From: Octopus bimaculoides
Lineage: Eukaryota
Assembly (NCBI RefSeq): GCF_001194135.2
Contig: NC_068983.1
Location: 142,778,264 to 142,842,263, forward strand
Length of the DNA stretch: 64,000 bases
Direction of reading: 5' to 3'
The number at the start of each line of letters is the position of its first letter. Within the stretch, counting starts at the first letter, position 1. Shown one piece after another: positions 10,816-23,000 of this stretch. The position numbers and the translations under genes were made by a program. The notes under the pieces are model-generated. The model saw only the letters and a program-made list of their open reading frames with translations. It did not search any database and had not been told where the DNA came from.

Positions 10816-13360
10816 ATCAATCAATATATAAAGATTTTGACTCTATTATCTATGGTGAAGTACATGTGACCATAGCATATTGAAAAGTGTTAAGGAGTGG
10901 GATGGTAAAGTGCTTCACTACAACATCAGTTCAGCTGTTTTCATGTCAGCTGCCACATACAGTTCTCTCTTCTTCATTGAATAGCAGTAGTAAAGCTGCA
11001 ATAGTCCAATGATAAGATAAATTTTCATTATCATGAAATCTTAGAAATTATATACGATTAAAATATTTAAAGAATATCAGGTTTTAGTATTTCTGCTAAC
11101 CTTACCAAGAAGAATGGACCACCCAGTATCATACAAAGTAATTACACAAATTTCAAAGTAGTAAGAGTTTCTTTATTCAAACTGAAATAACCCTCTATGA
11201 GGTGGTAGGGCCAAATTTGTAAATCACTGATCTAACTGATTAAGCTGTATTTTATCAGGGGTTATAGCTATCTAAAAGTTTAGGATGTTGGCTTGTTTGG
11301 TGGAGTTGACTATTTATATCCCATTGCTGGAATGATGCTGCCTCACAAGCAAAATGCAAAATTCTAGTTCATATAGCCAAAGGGAAATAGTTCACAAACT
11401 GTAAATGAATTCAAGAGAGTAATAGTAAATGATTAACTAATAGGCACCATTAGCTTGTTTGAGGAAGGTCTTCAAAGTTAGTTTTGAGCATTCTGTGACA
11501 TATCTGCATCATCTTATTTGTAAAATTTCAGGATACTGTTAATTTTCCACATCACTGGATCTTTCAGCATTGATGCCTCCTCATAATCATTCTAACAGTT
11601 GTCACAGTAGTGGATTTTGCTGCCACTTTTGATTGTGCATTGTCGATTACTGTAGAGTATTATGAAAGCAAATGCCACTGAAACTGCTTTGGCAAGTTAA
11701 ATATACCATTCCACTTTGTTAATCAAAAGATAAAACAAATGGATAAGAAAGTTTGAAGCCACATGTTATCTTCAGCATCTCTTCAATTCAGCAAGAGATT
11801 GATCATTATTAACACCTTTAGCTGAGGAGTTTATTCAAGTAGAGGTGTTGGTCATTCTATGCATGATCTTCAGATCATGTTGAATGGGTTTGTAGGTACT
11901 TAAAGGCATATTGGTCTGAATTAATGAAATCTGTTCTGCTTGCTTTACAAGCAATTGGCTCTTAATCACATCTAGATACATTGGGTGAAATTGTTTGGGG
12001 ATGTATACCCTGCCAAGTTGTCAATTTAGGAATTAAAGTAAGCAATACTTCAGCCTAGTCTCAAATTGAGATCAGTCTCACAAATCCATATATTCCAAGC
12101 ACAGGTACACTCAACCCTTATCTAAATCTGTAAAACTTAGAGGTATTGAACATTTACCAATACAAATAGTAAACAAAGATTGCACATATACTAGTATTGC
12201 ATAAACATAAGTATTGTGTTAATTTGCATTACTAAAAACATTAAGAACTAATCCAATATATCCTCATTTGAATTACTAAATACAGCAGGCACTTTTCGAT
12301 GGAGAATCTATGAAAACATTAACTTGTTTTTTTATATCAGCACCTTACTCAGCTACACAAATTAACTCTGTAAACATCTCTGAGTTTATTTACAGAGTTA
12401 ATTGTATTTTACAGAATTCTTCTAAGATTGATAATTAGCTATACCATGTATTTATAGCATATAATTACTGAATAGTGAATGGTTTTTGCTAAATCTACAA
12501 AGATTTGAACATTTAACTCCCTATATGTAGTTGTGAGCAGTTTTATTAGTTAGGAAAGAAAAGAAACCTTCAAAGTGCAGGTATCTATTCAGTCAGTGAT
12601 CAGTTCTAGTTTCCATAACATTGAGTGGATATGAAAATGTTCCTTTAGGCAGGATGTTGGTTTATTCTTGGTAGGTTTTTTTTTCCTGCAAGAATGTTAA
12701 ATTAGCCATGTGCTATGCAAATACTGGTAACATCACAAACTTCCACAAAATTGACTGTGACGTTGAAGTTCTTTATGGAATAGTGTAGCAGCTGTCTTGA
12801 AATGGTGTTGAGAAGTATCATGTATTGTAGTGTCCTGCAATACAGTATAGAAGGCTAATGGAGTGTGATGTGCATAAATATGGCTATGTTAGTATGGTTT
12901 CACAAATACATGATTCTGGTTTCAATGGCACTCTGTAATACCTCGAGTAAGTATCTCCTACTGTAGCCTTGAGTTGAGAGGAATTTGGCAGGTAGAAGCT
13001 GTACTGAAACTTGTGTGTATGTGTGTAACTAGCAGTGAAAAAAAAAAAAAGAAACCCAGTAAACTGACTGTTTTCAATCAAGGTCTTCTGTGATATTTGT
13101 TCTGCCAGAGCGTCAGTGACATGATTTGTCATTTTCTTATAAATTCAGTGCAGTGATTGACCCTGTAAAACCTATAACCAATGATGCTATTGTCCACAAA
13201 ATGTGATTTATGAAATAAAATTATAAAATGAATAATGTAGCTGTATATTGATGTGCTTGCTACATTTCCAATATTTTCATGCTTCAAGCAAATGTTTTGA
13301 GATATTTGCATTTTAACAAAATTAATAAAAGCTATGCTCAGTTCCAGTTTATGGCATTAA

Positions 13361-13581
13361 CCCTTTAGCATTTAAACCGGCCATATCCGGCCAAAAGTAT
13401 TCTGCCTCTTTTATGTTCAAACTGGCCAGATCTGGTCTCTCATACCAACCCTACAATATTGTTTTAAAAATTAACAGCTACCTCATCGAAATCTCATAGC
13501 TACAAGATAATGCATGGTTAGTTCAAAACAATGTGGATGAAAAAGCATCAATTTTGGCAGAATAATGCGAACACTAAAGGG
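13361..13581. mobile_element. piggyBac-like MITE (TTAA|CCCTTTAG...CTAAAGGG|TTAA)
   Basis: TTAA at 13357-13360 and 13582-13585; CCCTTT termini; inverted diverged copy at 30642. Confidence 0.8.
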
Positions 13582-15759
13582 TTAAGCAGATTGTTGAAAT
13601 GCTTCAGATGGTCTGTTAGCTATTCTCAATAGTTTAGTGATCTGAGTTCTGTAGATTTGTGTACTGTCACAAAAAACAACTGATCTCTCAGTTTCTGGCT
13701 TAATATATGCACTCAGCTATTTTGCTCTAATGATATTAGTTTATATCTTAAAGCCAGAACTTTTCTAATATCTCTACATTAATTATATGATTCGATCCTT
13801 TTGTAGAAGTTTGTTACTTCTATTTTGTTAGACATGGAATTAGAAATTTTGTCAGTTGCATGAAAACATTTTCTATTATTGGGTTTCTTTTTTTTTTTCT
13901 CTTTTACCAGCTATTCTTTAATGACATGCACTTTTTATCAGAGACAGTTAATATAATGTTGTTCATATGAGTAATAAAAGAAGGGGAATGGTTGTGTATA
14001 TTTACTATTGGACCATCAGCTTATGGAGTTTGAATCCAATTCTGCTTCAAGTAGTTCATTATTCCTTGGCAGTATACATTGTTTCATCAAGCTACAAAGA
14101 ACAGTAACCAGATCTTCAGGATAAAGTCTCCTATTCAGGGAAAGATTCATCTTATTTGTTTAACACTATGAAACTGGGGCTAAGTATTAGTTCCAATGAA
14201 CCACTTGGATCTCCAGGAGATATTCAAATTACTATATTTTCATGGAAGTATTTACATAATAGTATTATTGCTGTAAAGTGATTTGAACTGTATCCTCTGG
14301 AGAGACAATATGAATTTGAACAATGTATTAGTAATTTATATTTATTCCTATGTGCTTATGCCTTTTGTAAAATTGCTCTTTAAATCATTCTTCATTCTGA
14401 AATAATTTAGATTCTCATTTTTTTTTTACTGTGTGTCTAAAGATGGAACCCGTGACTGACTGATTATAATTTGTTTTATTGTGTGAACATAAATCCATGT
14501 GCATACAAATACATATTCATAAATACACACATATATACACAGCAAAAAATTGCCTTGGAACTTTGTTGTTTTGGAATAGTGATATGGGTCAACCAATATA
14601 ATAAACAAGTAAAAGTACAAATGTTAGAAATCATTATGAAAAACCTGTATTGAATGTAAATAAATAGTTTACTCAGTTGACTGTGTGAAGTATCTTTTGT
14701 TTAAATTCTGAATAGAGAAATTAAATAACAACAATAATGCTAAATATTAGAATACATCTGTTCATAAGATAATAATTTTTTTGACAACTATCCTCATGAA
14801 AGGTTTTTGTTTAATATTCCCACCTAAACTGTGGTTTCATTAAAATAAAACACCCGATGACAAATATCAAATTGATTGAAACAGCATATTGAAAAATTTT
14901 TCATCTCTAAAAGATATCATTAGTCTGAAACATAATCTTATTTACAACTCATCTCAGACATTTAATTTTTAACCATTCTTAGCAAGGATTAATTTTGTCT
15001 TTGTAGGAGATTGGTTAGGTTGAATGAATTAAGACTAGTATATGACTGAATATTTTTATTTTATTGCTTCTGTTAACTGTGGTATAATTTACATGTAGAA
15101 TATAATGGGTGCAGCTAAACAGTGTAATTCAATTTAGCAAAGCCCTTGACTATTTTTGCCAAGAAACTGTGTTTTTCTTAATGAGAGTTTCTACTGATCA
15201 AATCCAAAGTGATAGTGGTCTGCCAACCTTAGGCTTGGCAGTTTATATACAGTTTATAATCATACAACCAGCATTATTGCTTCTGTGTCTCTGACAAATA
15301 CTTTTCACTTTCATTAATTTGCTTAATACAATGAAGTACAGTTCACCATTACAGTAGAACAAGTAGAATATTTGAGCATGATACAGCTGGTTTAAATGCT
15401 AAAGGGTTAAATCACATACTTCCATCTAAGAAAGGGACACATTAGATGTGATCCAAGGTACACTGCATTTAGGAAAAAAAGTGAGATCTTTAAGCACAGG
15501 TTTGCTTGATTAGAAATCCCTTGAACAATAAAAAGAGCCTTGAAAATTTATGATCAAATTCTCTAATGGTTTTAGTGAGAATGTGTGGAAGCTTAAGAGA
15601 ATCACCCTCATCACCAAGCTGAAAGTCTGCCTTGCAGCTGTTGGAATTTTAAATGCCTATGATCCTGGATTGTCTATAGGAGACGTACAAGATAACAATT
15701 TACACATGAGGTGTCTCCACATATTTAGCACATTCACCTGAAATTTGACATGGAGGGTT

Positions 15760-16100
15760 TTCAAGCTAACCTCTCATGCCTGTACACTCTTTTTTAGAAG
15801 GCCCATGTGAAATGGACTGAGAATCTTACTGCAGCTTCTCTGTGACGAACTCTGTCAGGGAATGTATACTGTTGGGAGTGCAAAATACTCCAAGAAACTG
15901 CTTGCTCTAAACTGACCCAACTGGCACTTGTCCAAACTACTGAAAGCAAAAGAACTAATGTTACTGAGAAGAAGCATTCGTTTTCCAAAGCTAAATGCTG
16001 CATCTTTTATATGTGTCCTTCATGTGAGAGAGGATTCTTAGCCTTGGATAGGCCTCATCAACCCATCAGACCACACCTGCAAGCTAATCCTGAGTTTTGA
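15760..16100 (+). mobile_element. Old RTE/BovB-like LINE 3' remnant
   Basis: Degenerate CPSCERGF...IGLI...H C-terminal zinc-finger-like motif near 16012-16075. Confidence 0.4.
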
Positions 16101-16898
16101 TCATCTTTGACAATGAAGGACATGCAGGAAAGGAAGGAAAATATTTAGACATGAGAAATTTATGTAAAACCATGTTCACTATTAGAATACAGCCAAAGTG
16201 ACAAGACCTTTTTTCACTCTTCCTTACTTTCAGATGAAGGGTAAAGGTTTGAATTGTTAGTCTTCCTCATAGCAATGAACTTATTAAACACTTCTACAAC
16301 TTCTGATTATAAGTTATGACTCTTCCCAAGTATAAATCATATAGATTTATTGTTTCTGTCACAGACCGTCACCATTTTCCTTGGACTCTGGATTTTACTC
16401 TGCATAAAATCAACATTCAGTTCTGTCCCACTTTGCTAAAAGAAGGCTTTAAAAATTTTTTCTTTTGGTTAGGCTCTTGGTCTAATTTTGTAAATGCAAG
16501 GAAAAATTGATTGAGTTGTCCTTTATGTATTACTGACATTTGTTTTATCAATTCTAAATGAATAAAAGACAATGATAACCACAGTGGTATTTTAATTTAG
16601 AGATCAGTTGGCAGAAATGAAGGAACACCAGAGTAAATATGTTATGATATTTAATTTTGTCTGTCTACATTCTGAATTCAGTGCCAGTTTGTCATTAAAA
16701 TAAATACCGGAATTACTTGGAAATCCAGTAAGCTTTCTCCTTGTGTTGGGGAAAAATTGATCAGGTCTTATCAGGAAAAAAGTATTTTAGTATTACTATA
16801 GAAGTAACATAAATAGAAACAGTGGAAAGAATGAAAAAGTAAATATTATTATTTATGTATTTATAATTTTCTTTTTTATAGTTTTTGTAGTTTCCAAT

Positions 16899-17042
16899 AT
16901 GCGTGGAAGTGGAAGTAACAGTAAGGTACAATCACCAGTTTCTCCCAAGACCCCATCAATGTCTCTGCGTGAAGAAAAAATTATTGAGGACTATTTTCAG
17001 CTTATCAGTGAATTCAATTTTGATCAAGCCAGAGAGTTAACT
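16899..17042 (+). CDS. KICS2: KICS2 coding exon 1 (MRGSGSNSKVQSPVSPKTPSMSLREEKIIEDYFQLISEFNFDQARELT)
   Basis: T-rich acceptor candidates (AG ending 16881 or 16890) upstream of the ATG imply an upstream non-coding exon; donor ACT|GTGAGT at 17043; phase 0. Confidence 0.9.
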
Positions 17043-20000
17043 GTGAGTTTTGTTGTATTTTGTTTCATTTTTATTTTTATTATATGTTTTTTTTGTTTTT
17101 TTTTTAAATTTCTTATTTCAATCTTTGTCCTTTTTGAATATATTTCATATTTTGATATGCATCAAGAAAAATGACTCTTTGTGGATGGGCAAGTTAAGAT
17201 GTTGCATTATAGTTGAAAGGCTGATAGTTCATATCCTCTAACCAGAACTAGTGTCCAAAATTAAGATACGTAACACTTGCAGGCACAGTTCAACAATCTA
17301 TATCATATAGTTTCAGTGAAAGAACAGAGATGACATAGTGTATAGGAACTCTTTAGTCGTGTAAGAGATCAGTTCTCTCTGTTGTCATTTTTACAACTGG
17401 ATGTCCATTCTATCACCAGCCACTCCACAGTGTGGACAGGGTGCATTTTATTGTCACACACAACACTTTTACATTTTAGCTAGTGTGTATAAAATGTGTG
17501 CTGTTATTGTTTAGACTCTGGGCAGCTTTGATTGAGCAACATATAATGCAGATCCTATATAAGAAGCTGCTCTGACCACCACTCCTCTTCTCATAGTTTA
17601 GCCTCATCCCCTAGCAAGAAGCTGACCTCCTCCTCTGCCACATCCCCAGGGTTCAAAATCCTTCGTGCTGCATGGCAACCTCAATAGTGCAGGTGACATG
17701 GAAAAAAGCACCCAGTACATGCAGTAAAGTGATTAGCATTAGGAAGGGCATTCAGTTGTAAAGTAAAAACCATACCAAAGCAGATATTGGAGCATGATGC
17801 AGTCCTTGGTCTCATCAGATCTTGTCAAACCATTCAACCCATGCCAGCACAGATCATGGACATTAAATGAGGATGATGATAATTATATTCCAGTTTTATC
17901 TATTCCTACAAAGTGTATTTAAAGCATAGTGCATTTAAGACTATATTGTCCAATGTACCTTTCCTATTTTCAGATGATAGATATGGTCGAAGACGATTTG
18001 GCTGTTATTTCTAGTAGGTTGAGCAACCAACTCTGTTGTTGGTTCGTATTTTTATATGTGTAGTGACAGCTTGTCAATCATCATTTTGTTTTCCCTGAAG
18101 TTGTTTTTAACTAATTGATCTGACATGTAAATACATAGTTTATTGCTGAGCCAGTATTGTATAATACAGAGATTATATAATACTGTCAAAAACAGAGCTT
18201 CTATTTAGTCACGTGACCTGCTAGAGTAGCCAAATCTTCTTTGAATCACACTTTACCATTGTAAAAATGAACTTATTGAATTCTAGATATACTATAGCTA
18301 GGAAAAAAGATAAGATTGTCCATTGCTGTAATGCCTTTGAATATAGATCTGCTTGATTAGGGCTATGTAGCAACATTATCTTAATTTCAAATATACTTTT
18401 CCTTTTTTAAAGTTTTGTTTAACTATACCTTATTCCTCCTCCAAGATGCTTTATTATAATGTTAAACCGATTCAGTACTTGACTGCTACTTTATTTTATT
18501 GACTCAGAAGTATGGAAGGTAAAGTTGTCTTGGCTGTATTTGAACTTGGAATATAAAGGGCTATCAATAAATACTGCATACATTTTGTCCAATGCTCTAA
18601 CAATTCTATCATTTCAAAATTGTTAAAAACAATTCTCATCTAATCTTCATTACCATGTTTTTTGTTTTGTTTGTTCAATGCAGGAAAGAGAAAGAGATTT
18701 CACAAAATCGAACATTACTTCACATTGGCATATGTTTGTCAATGCACTGATTTTGTTAGCAAATGATGAGAAATCGTATATGTCTTTATCATTTCTTGGT
18801 CCTAAATGGTTTTCAACTAGACATAAAGATGTGAGTAAATATATTTATATATTTAATTTTCATTATAATGCTGATGTGGTGTTTTAAAAGTTTAGTTTTG
18901 TTATTTAGTTTTAAAATAATACCCACTGTCTTTTGAAAATTGTTCTACTATTATTGCATTATGAATTGGGTACTTAATTATTTGATGATTGGTAAATAAC
19001 TTGGCTAAATTTTTCATTATAGCTTAAACTGTAAATGGTGAATGATGGCATATCTGTATAGACATGCCATCCAGTGTTCACTTTTGTACATTTATTTGAT
19101 TATTCTTCCACCATTTTTTCAGTTTCAATGATTCTCGTAATGATTCAATCTGTAATGACTCAAGTGAAGGAAATAATGATTCTTCCATCATTACTTTTAG
19201 TAGAAGTATGGTGGAGTCTGTGCTTTGTCAATGAAGTTAGTATAGAACTGAGATATATCTTTTGTAACTGCCAAATAATATTGGTTGTTGACTGATATTT
19301 TTCTCACTGCATATTTATTTCTAGTTAGAATTTTTAATGAAGTCTTCATTGAATGTATTAATACTAACTTAATATTTAAATAAAAAGGCAGGAATAACTA
19401 TAAACTGAACATGTTGATAAGTTAGTCAGAGGAGGAGTACCTACAATTGTTGCCAGATACTCTTAGACTGATAAGATCAGTGTGGTTACTATTCTATTTG
19501 AACATTAGATGTCTACTGGAAAAATATAGCTATGGTGGAACATATATAGAGGGTTGCTGTACAAAAGAGAAAATTCGAGGATAAAAACTGGTTTAGTGGA
19601 AGATCTGGGAGGAGGAATACAGTTGGAATTATAGGAGGGAAGAGGAGTTACTGAAAAACTGAAGAATGTTTGTATTATTTTTGTTATAGACTAGTGCAGA
19701 GAGTAAAGCAGCACTCATGACCTTTACGAGATCTCTGAAACATATGAAGGACAAAAGGTGGAAGAAACCATGATTCATGGATTGCTTTCATAGGAAGCTA
19801 TGTATTAAGATTCTGAGTGATCTTTAAACAAGAACTTGTTCTGACTGTTGGCAACTGAGTGAATTCTGCTAAAAGCACTCAAAGATCAGATAATGTCAGA
19901 TAATGTTAACACCAGTATCAGGCCACAGCTTTGGTTTTAGTCTAGTAGGCAATCCAGAAGAGAAGAAACTGCTTTAGTTCACAGAGGATGGCAGAGTTAT

Positions 20001-23000
20001 TCCACCACAACAAAACTACTCACATTTTCTCAACAGAAATTTAATAAAGGTCATAGAAATCGGAGTTAGTTCTGGGAGGAACATTTGCTCTCTGGCTGAA
20101 GTTGAATACTTTGAAAAGTAATTACAGGAAGCAGAATTAATAATTGATTGGTCTGTATTTTACCAACCTCACAAGAATAAAAGTTAACCTTTCAGTTGGT
20201 TGGCAAGCACATTCACACATATGCACACACACATACACGTACAAATATATATACACACATTCATACATGCTCCCACATACACATATGTATCTATGTCACT
20301 TTAAATGAAGTGTGCAGTAATGCACAATAGGTCATTTTGTCATCACTGATAACCTGATTTTCTTGTGTAATGTATCCAGGCAAATTGTATGCAGATACCA
20401 TACCTCTTCAAGCTATAGACTATGCCTGGTACTAAAAATCACAAGCTGTAGTAAATAAAGTGCTTTAAGAAATAACCAAGTCTTTTTATTTCAGATTTGG
20501 TTTGTTGAAAATCATTCTATGATGTATACATGTACACGTGCTCACATACATGCACAGATGCGTGCACACACACACACGCCCCCCCCACACGCCCCCCCAC
20601 ACAGAGTGGTGAGTTGTTTCTACCCAGCAGCGCCTATTTTCATCTATATGTAGTGGGCATCATGTGAGTTAAATATCTTAGCTGTAGACACAACAGTGTC
20701 ACTGGCAGGCCATGAAGCACCAACCTTTCGACCAAGTGTTTGTGTATGTGTTAGTGTGTTTTTGTTCATTTGTTTTATGCCCACTTTTTCTTGGTAACAT
20801 AGGGTAGATATATATATATATTATTGAAGCATTGTTTTATAGTCAAATTCTCTTCCTGACACTAACCCTTACCTGTTTTCAAGTAAGGATTCCCTTATTT
20901 CACTCTTCTTTAAAGGTGTGAAGTGAGTAGTCAATTTGTTGATAAAAGTGACTGCAACACCATTGGCACTTTCATTGAGTACAAATGTAAACACATAGGC
21001 ATGTGCATTTGCATGCTCACACACACATACACAGAGACTTCTTTCAGTTTTTAGCTGCCTAATTTACTTACAAGGCTTGGTCAAGCATGGCAATGTGGTT
21101 CAGTCATACTGTGTGACACCTTGGATGTTTTTTACCGCAGTTAACCAAAGCCGTGTGATTTGGTAGATATAAAAAATGTTTGCATGTGTGTATGTTTTCT
21201 TGTCTTGACATCATGTGTTAATTGCAAACATTTTTCATTGTCTTACAAGCTGTGACATCTGTTTGCAATCCTCTCTGAAAACATGTCCTGACTAGAGAAA
21301 AATATTACTTTGTTTGGAAACAGGTGAAGGTTGGTGACAGAAAAGCATCCAGCTCTAGAAAATCTGCTTCTACAATGCTCATCTTACTCCGACAAGTATG
21401 GAAAAGTAGACGTTAAAATGATGACAGATTTGAAACTGTTTAGTTTTGTATTTCCATCACTTTTCAATGTGACTAGTGTAACATTAGTCTTGTTAAAAAC
21501 GGGAAATGCAAAATTCTTGAGTAGTAATAGAGAAAAGCTTCAGTTTCAAATATATAGAATCTATTGGGTCATCCCATAAATAATGTGGTTTTTTTAATAC
21601 TTCTATTTTTCAAAATTAAGATAAACAAAGTTCTTTTTTAATTTAAAATATGCTCTCTTTCATTTTCTACAATGCTTTTCCATCTATCTGATAGACTTGC
21701 AAGGCCCCCTCTTCTAAAATTCACTTGTCTGTGATGAAAAATACTCCTCCAGTACTGTTCTGACCTTTGGGTTTAAAAGTTCAAAGTGGACTAAACCTTT
21801 CATATCCCACCAAACAGATAACAACACCTTACGTGGGTGAAGACCTTCTGTAGCCTGGGGTGCCGATGTTTCTCCTTTCCCTACCCATTGTCTTCAGTGC
21901 TAGACATTTTTATATAGAACCCATTTCTCATCACCAGTCACTATTTGGTCCAAAAAAGGTTCATTTGTGATGTAACAGCAAAGAAGAGCACATATTCACT
22001 CTCTGTGTGCGATTAGACACGGAAAGTTTGGGAGGAACTCATTAACCCAATTTACTGACTTTTTCAATAGTACACAGATGTCGATGAATGGTTGAATGAT
22101 CAAATCCAAGCTTCTCTGTTAGTTCCTCAACAGTTACGATGGAATTTTGTTCCACCAGGGTTTGCAGACATTCTTGTCAAGATCTACAGATCTTCCAGGA
22201 TGATCTTTTAGGCTGTAATTTCTGGCTTGGAATTTCTGGAATTACTGTTGACACTGGCTTACATTTATTGTCTGATCTTCATATACTTCATTAATATTCC
22301 TCACACTTTCCATTGCGTTGTTGCCTTTATTGAACTCATAAAGCAAAATATGCTGAATATGCTCCTTTGTCACTTCCATTATAGCTTTGAAAAAATAGCT
22401 GCTAAAATTGAACTGCACTCTTCAAAATTTGCACTAAGAATAATTATAAAGTAAAATTACTACCTGCTTTTATAGCAAGTTGATGCAGGTAGTTTATCCT
22501 GTCCTGGTCTGATTTTTAACTCATACAATTGAAGAAACTGCATTATTTATGAGATAACCCAATACTTAAATGCTTTTTTTCCTTTTTGTTTGTAAATTCA
22601 AATGTGTAAATCGTCATCATCATTTAACGTCCATTTTCCATGCTGGTATGGATTGGACAGCTTGATAGGAACTGGTAAGGCCAAGGGCTGCACAAGGTCT
22701 CATCTGTTTTGGCTTGGTTTCTACAACTGGATGCCCTTCCTAATGCCTATCATTTTACAGAGTGTACTGGATGCTTTTTTACATGACACCAGCACTAGTG
22801 CTTTTTATGTGACACTAACACCAGTGCTTTTTACATGACACCAGCACCAGTGCTTTTTACGTGGCACCAACACCAATGGTTTTTATGTGGCACCTTGATT
22901 TTAGGATATCATTTCTGTTGTGGTGGGCAGTTCTTCTTAAGTACAGCAATGTGCCACATATCTAGATCCTCTGTCATCTCCTTTGTAAGGCTTAGCGTTT

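Noticed and set aside
11100-12050. Very decayed RT-like traces on the minus strand
   Set aside because: Only fragmentary motif resemblance; too degenerate to annotate.
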